Shown: positions 59,347-64,000 of the stretch, in pieces
How positions within the stretch are numbered: position 1 is the stretch's first letter
Layout: every line of letters begins with the position of its first letter
From: a virus
Taxonomy: Duplodnaviria > Caudoviricetes
Length of the DNA: 64,000 nt
IMG/VR virus record: IMGVR_UViG_3300009376_001085
Span: 35,132-99,131 of that record
Strand: one strand, 5' to 3'
The notes under the pieces: model-generated
Database searches by the model: none
Told to the model about the DNA's origin: nothing
The model's input: only the letters and a program-made list of their open reading frames with translations
Made by a program: the position numbers and the translations under genes

Positions 59347-60532
59347 AATCTTTAAATAATTTAGTAAAATCTTGTTTTCGATATTTGTCGTGTTCTTTTA
59401 TTTCATTAACCCATCTATTATAATCATCAACATTATATTCTTTTGAATGCATAAAATTTATTATATTATCAATTCCTCTATATGCATGCCAATCGGTAGA
59501 TGCATCTTTTAAACCATCTCGTACTTTTTCTTCTATTTTTTGCTTAACTTCAGTAGGAATATTTGTTATATTTTGATAACTAGGCCAATGAACTAAATTT
59601 AAATAAACACCTATATTTTGTTTTTCGAAAAAATTTACAACTTCGTCAATATAATAAACATTAAAATTACTAATAGTTAAACAAACACCTGCACTTACTG
59701 TTTCAGGTTGCTCATCTCGAAATGCCATGTACTTTTTTATATTACTAAGCACTCGTTTCCATTTTGCAGGATACCGCATAAATTCAAATCTATCTTCTAT
59801 TCCATCTATTGAAAACTGTATATCAACCCAGCCAAATTCTTTAAGCCAGTTTAAATATTTTGTTCTGAAAACAGTTCCGTTAGTATTATAATGAAGTTTT
59901 TGATTTTTAGAATAACCTAACTCAACACTTTTTTTAATAAGATTCCATTGCTCTTGTATAATCATAGGTTCTCCACCATAAAAATCAAAATGATTTATAT
60001 TAGGTAACCAATTATCTAATGTTTTCCAAAGGGTATTTTCAGTTGAAAAACATTTTGATATTTGATCCATATGTGTGTTGATTTGTTTTGCTTGATCTTC
60101 ATTAGCAAAAAATAACTCTTCTTCTAACCATCCAGTGCTACTATGTGTACCGCATGTACGACATGCAATATTACATTTATTTCCTAGTTTTAAATCTAAT
60201 ATTTGAGGCTGTGACAAATCATTATCTAATAATTCTTCATGTTCTTTGTTATCCCTTATTCGCTTTGAATTTCTTTCTGCTTTTTCTTCTACCCAACACA
60301 AGTTACAATTAGGATGATATTCTCCATTATTTAATGCATCTCTAACTTCATTTATTTGATCACAATTCCAAAACTCTTCAAGAGTATAGTCATTTAAAAA
60401 TGTATTATTACCATTTATCTTTAATCTATCACTACTCATACAACATATTTTTACCTCACCATTGGCCTCGACTGATAAACTGGTAAAAGGTAAAACACAA
60501 AATGTTTTACTGTTTTTGTTTGCACAACTCAT
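59321..60532 (-). CDS. radical SAM protein with N-terminal twitch/SPASM-like Cys cluster
   Basis: CVLPF...CC...CNLC, CNIACRTC, YGGEP, TNGT, SIDG. Confidence 0.9.
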   Translation of the reverse strand: MSCANKNSKTFCVLPFTSLSVEANGEVKICCMSSDRLKINGNNTFLNDYTLEEFWNCDQINEVRDALNNGEYHPNCNLCWVEEKAERNSKRIRDNKEHEELLDNDLSQPQILDLKLGNKCNIACRTCGTHSSTGWLEEELFFANEDQAKQINTHMDQISKCFSTENTLWKTLDNWLPNINHFDFYGGEPMIIQEQWNLIKKSVELGYSKNQKLHYNTNGTVFRTKYLNWLKEFGWVDIQFSIDGIEDRFEFMRYPAKWKRVLSNIKKYMAFRDEQPETVSAGVCLTISNFNVYYIDEVVNFFEKQNIGVYLNLVHWPSYQNITNIPTEVKQKIEEKVRDGLKDASTDWHAYRGIDNIINFMHSKEYNVDDYNRWVNEIKEHDKYRKQDFTKLFKDYAEILPGF

Positions 60533-61895
60533 AAAAATCCTTATATTCTGGAAATGTTTTTAAAAAATTTTTATTTCTTCGTTTGTCGTGTTCTATAACA
60601 AATTTATAAAAATCTTTTTGTCCATTAGTAACTTGTTCTGGTGTAAATGGATTTTTTATCATAACGTCTGTAACCCTTTTCATTTTTTCATATTCTACTT
60701 CACTAAAACCATGCCAGCCTATTTTATCCATCCTATTTTTTCTCATAAATTTGAGTATATCTTTTTGATCATGTAAATATGATTCAGGCAAAGTATTAAG
60801 TAAAAACCAAGGGGGTTCTTTAATATATGGAGTATCAAATGCAATACGTTGTTCTTTTTCGCTGTTAAATTCAATTTCTTTAAATTCAGTTCGCCATTCC
60901 ATTATTTTTTCTAATAACAATTTAAAACTATTTCTTACACATAAATTATGATAGGTACACATTAAATGAAGTTTACTATTTTTAACTGAATTTAAATATA
61001 ACCTAATATTAGTTTCCCATAGCTCGCAATCAAGCCCGCTTCGTATATACTCTGCCTTTTCTCCCCAAGATTCGACACTAGTAAATAATTCAAATGCTTT
61101 AATTTTATTTTCAGCAAGTAATTTGTTTATTTTTGTAGTCAGTCGTTTTATAAACTTAGTTGCCATTCCCATATTACTATTAACATGTATAGTTAAATGG
61201 GGCGAAGGATCTTTATCTAACATATCAAGCATCTTATATGTATTTAGATTAATTAAACATTCGCCTCCTGTAATACGCAAAACTTGTAAATCATTTTTTA
61301 AGTCGGGCCACCATTTCCAAAATGCATCTATATATGGATTATAATCGTCTGGCTTATAAAATTGATCTTGTAAAAATTCTATACCATATTGATTGTACGA
61401 AACATCATAATTACCGTATCTTTCAATTTCTTCCATCCAACTAGAACTTGCTTGAGGACAACAATAAATACACTTAAAATTACATTTATTGCCAAAACTT
61501 AATTCTATATGCCTAGGATTCCAGTCAGCATTCCATGATAAATTTTTAATAGTATTATAATCTTTTAATGCATACTCATTTGAACTATGAATAAATCTAT
61601 CAGATATATGGTCACCTTCTAAATCTTCTATATTCCAACAATAATAACATTCTTCAGGACGTCCGCCTTCTAGCATTGTTTTACGTTGTTGTTTTTTCCA
61701 TTCTGTATTATGTAATGCCGAAGGATTATTCTCTATTTCTTTTAATCCTATTCGTCTAGGTTGAGGATGATAGCAACTATGATTATCGCCCATATGAAGA
61801 TATAAAGTTTCTGTTTGCCATTTCATTAGGCAAAATCCTTTACCCACTTCATTTAATTTATTTTTTGTAGAAATTATATTTTCAAGATAACTCAT
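60507..61895 (-). CDS. radical SAM protein with N-terminal CxxKW/HSCYHP/CxxCW cluster
   Basis: CLMKW, HSCYHP, CYYCW, CNFKCIYC, TGGEC. Confidence 0.9.
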   Translation of the reverse strand: MSYLENIISTKNKLNEVGKGFCLMKWQTETLYLHMGDNHSCYHPQPRRIGLKEIENNPSALHNTEWKKQQRKTMLEGGRPEECYYCWNIEDLEGDHISDRFIHSSNEYALKDYNTIKNLSWNADWNPRHIELSFGNKCNFKCIYCCPQASSSWMEEIERYGNYDVSYNQYGIEFLQDQFYKPDDYNPYIDAFWKWWPDLKNDLQVLRITGGECLINLNTYKMLDMLDKDPSPHLTIHVNSNMGMATKFIKRLTTKINKLLAENKIKAFELFTSVESWGEKAEYIRSGLDCELWETNIRLYLNSVKNSKLHLMCTYHNLCVRNSFKLLLEKIMEWRTEFKEIEFNSEKEQRIAFDTPYIKEPPWFLLNTLPESYLHDQKDILKFMRKNRMDKIGWHGFSEVEYEKMKRVTDVMIKNPFTPEQVTNGQKDFYKFVIEHDKRRNKNFLKTFPEYKDFYELCKQKQ

Positions 61896-63588
61896 ATTGC
61901 GTTTTACAGTCTATATAAAATTTTGATAGTTCAGGAAAAACTTTCAAAAAATTAAGATTTTTTCTTCTATCATATTCTTTAAAAAACAAATAAAAATTAA
62001 TCATTTTATCTTTAGGGTTAGTTGTTCCTTGTTTTGCCCATTCTAAATTTCTTTTCATTTTGTTTATTTCAAATAATTTAAAACCTGGAGAGATTGTATT
62101 TTGAATTTCTGTATTTTCAGCATTGTCAGATAGGCTTATATTATTCTCCATAAACAAAATTGCATCTTCTATATAATTTAGATATACTGGTTGATTAATT
62201 AATTGAATATTCATCCAATCAGGATATTCTAAGTAAGGAATGTCAAACCATACTAATTGTCTATCTTGTTTTATGTTTGACGTTCGAAGGTCTAATATGT
62301 ATTGTAAGAAATTTTTTAATTTAGGTAAACTTAATATATTAAATGTATTTATGAATGATATATTAACACCTTCTGTTTGTGCTAATACAGTATCTACATT
62401 TCTTTTTAAGTTATTATAATTTAATCCGTATCTAATATATTCTGCCTGTTCTTCTACAGTATCTAGGCTCACATATAATGTAAACTGTTTTCCTTGATTT
62501 AATGCTAATTTAGAATTTGACGGATAAAATTTTCCATCAATTTCTGTATAATTTTCTATATAAAAATATGCTCCGCTATCAGGATCAAACCCTCGCTCAT
62601 TAAAAGTATCGTGTATATTAGTTTCAGATATTCTTGGATATTTTTTAAGTATATTATCATCGCATGATTCTTTTACTATAAATCTTTTTCTTTCGTATGG
62701 ATTAGGATGGTCGATATTAGGCACATAAAATTTAACATCTATACATTTATTTTTTACCTGTTTTTTTGTTATTTTATTAACACTATCTATAAATTTATAT
62801 AACATTTTTTGATCAGGTGGACATAAATTACTGGTTATTGATACTTCTAACAACGGATGAGGATGTTTATTAATGTAATCTAACATTTTAAATGTATTTG
62901 TATCAATAAGAGGTTCGCCGCCAGTCATTCTAAATGTACGCAAATCTTTATAAATTGTAGGTAACCATTTCCAAAAAGCATCAACATAAGGATTTTCTTC
63001 ATTAGACATTTTTAACGGCATATCTAAATATTGTATATCATTATGATTAGAATCTATTCCTGACATTTTATATGGACCAAACTCCTTTATTTCTTTTTCC
63101 CATGTTGTACTCAAATGCGGTGAACAATACATGCATTTAAAATTACATGCTTGATTAAAATTTACTTCGACATTAATTGGATTAACATTATAGTCATAAG
63201 AAGAGGTAGAAATTTTTTTTAATTTATCTTCTGCCCAATCCCAGTCCATATCAAAATATTCACAAGCTCTATAATGCCTATCACTTGTATGATCTAAATC
63301 TTCAGCAGACCAACAAAATTGACACCCTTTTGGTTTGGTTCCTTCAAGCATTAATTTACGTTCGTTCTTTTTTTCTATTGTATTATGTAATGCGCCTGGG
63401 TTGTCTTTTAATTCTTCTAATGGAATTTTATGAGCAGGAGGATGATAACAACTATGTGTTTTTCCTTGAGGCAAATGTAAACTAACTTGCAACCATTTAG
63501 CCATACAAAACGACTTGCTGATCGAGTTAAGTTTTTCTTTCATGACCTCGGATTTATTATAATATTCTCCTCTTTTTAATTTTTGCAT
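61882..63588 (-). CDS. radical SAM protein, paralog of 60507-61895 with an internal insertion
   Basis: CMAKW, HSCYHP, CQFCW, CNFKCMYC, TGGEP. Confidence 0.9.
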   Translation of the reverse strand: MQKLKRGEYYNKSEVMKEKLNSISKSFCMAKWLQVSLHLPQGKTHSCYHPPAHKIPLEELKDNPGALHNTIEKKNERKLMLEGTKPKGCQFCWSAEDLDHTSDRHYRACEYFDMDWDWAEDKLKKISTSSYDYNVNPINVEVNFNQACNFKCMYCSPHLSTTWEKEIKEFGPYKMSGIDSNHNDIQYLDMPLKMSNEENPYVDAFWKWLPTIYKDLRTFRMTGGEPLIDTNTFKMLDYINKHPHPLLEVSITSNLCPPDQKMLYKFIDSVNKITKKQVKNKCIDVKFYVPNIDHPNPYERKRFIVKESCDDNILKKYPRISETNIHDTFNERGFDPDSGAYFYIENYTEIDGKFYPSNSKLALNQGKQFTLYVSLDTVEEQAEYIRYGLNYNNLKRNVDTVLAQTEGVNISFINTFNILSLPKLKNFLQYILDLRTSNIKQDRQLVWFDIPYLEYPDWMNIQLINQPVYLNYIEDAILFMENNISLSDNAENTEIQNTISPGFKLFEINKMKRNLEWAKQGTTNPKDKMINFYLFFKEYDRRKNLNFLKVFPELSKFYIDCKTQYELS

Positions 63589-63608
63589 TTGGTATTGTTA
63601 ATAATAGG

Positions 63609-64000
63609 TCACACTATTTTTTGTGCAACGATAACTCTTTCTTTGTCATTAAACCCCATTAGAATGGTGTCACTTTCTGTTAAATTATTTTCTTTACATA
63701 CATCAGAATATATATCAGCAAATTTATCCCAATTATAATCTACATTATATTCTGTAATGAGAGCATTGGCAATACTTATATTGATTCTGCTAAACATATT
63801 GCATTCATTAAAAAAATCTATACCATCATCGATATTTTCTTTTTGCATTCGCACTCCAATTCGTAAATATTCCGCACCATAACAAAATTTAGATAAACTA
63901 AATGCTAATGTTTCTATACAAGTATATTTTTTTAAATCTATGTTTATATTTTTAGAAACAGGATAATGACAAAAATCTAATAATACTGGTACTTGCAATT
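63609..64000 (-). CDS. PLP-dependent aminotransferase-fold enzyme (5' end outside the window)
   Basis: VLLDFCH, AFSLSKF...LRIGVR; resembles 10662-11435 and the fused domain in 24586-27027. Confidence 0.65.
   Translation of the reverse strand, partial: LQVPVLLDFCHYPVSKNINIDLKKYTCIETLAFSLSKFCYGAEYLRIGVRMQKENIDDGIDFFNECNMFSRINISIANALITEYNVDYNWDKFADIYSDVCKENNLTESDTILMGFNDKERVIVAQKIV

Noticed and set aside
62491-62765. Intein in the 61882-63588 radical SAM protein
   Set aside because: No N-terminal Cys/Ser block with a C-terminal His-Asn followed by Cys/Ser/Thr
538-63485. Many short ORFs in the track that are antisense to or nested in longer genes (for example 2021-2494, 3368-3826, 12014-12358, 34901-35335, 40395-41886)
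   Set aside because: They lie within motif-bearing genes, lack RBS or recognisable motifs, and look like shadow ORFs
1-64000. Stop-codon reassignment, as seen in some large phages
   Set aside because: Coding density is near complete under the standard code, and TAG (2984, 45080, 52643, 57363) and TGA end genes at sensible, often overlapping junctions
1-64000. CRISPR arrays, tRNAs, rRNAs, transposases, integrases
   Set aside because: No spaced direct repeats, cloverleaf-like segments or recombinase motifs were seen, and there is almost no intergenic space; covariance searches were not run

Overview
AT-rich, almost fully coding 64 kb segment that most likely comes from a large (jumbo-type) dsDNA phage. 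This is inferred from thyX, a MoxR-type AAA+ ATPase with a VWA/metallopeptidase partner, many short hypothetical genes, near-consensus sigma70-like promoters, pervasive gene overlaps and no cellular housekeeping genes; no virion structural gene lies in the window to confirm it. The + strand block (1-16659) holds an ADP-ribosyltransferase-like gene, an unannotated 28-aa 9-Cys peptide, Zn-finger proteins, MoxR/VWA and thyX, followed by a desaturase, a PLP enzyme, a methyltransferase, a GNAT and several Fe(II)/2OG-type oxygenases. From 16656 to the window end, about 47 kb on the - strand is one almost gap-free run of tailoring enzymes. It contains 16 radical SAM genes (17 CxxxCxxC domains, including a radical SAM-PLP fusion, a double radical SAM protein, a split radical SAM/SPASM pair and a cobalamin-type enzyme). 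It also contains a carbamoyltransferase, APS-kinase-like, nucleotidyltransferase and sulfotransferase-like genes, glycosyltransferases, SGNH-like proteins, oxygenases, a sodium:solute symporter and two unannotated small basic peptides. The best candidate for an undescribed system is this radical-SAM-rich tailoring island, whose product (glycan, virion protein, DNA or peptide modification) cannot be determined from sequence. All functional calls come from motif reading by eye; no database search was run. No tRNA, rRNA, CRISPR array or transposase was seen.
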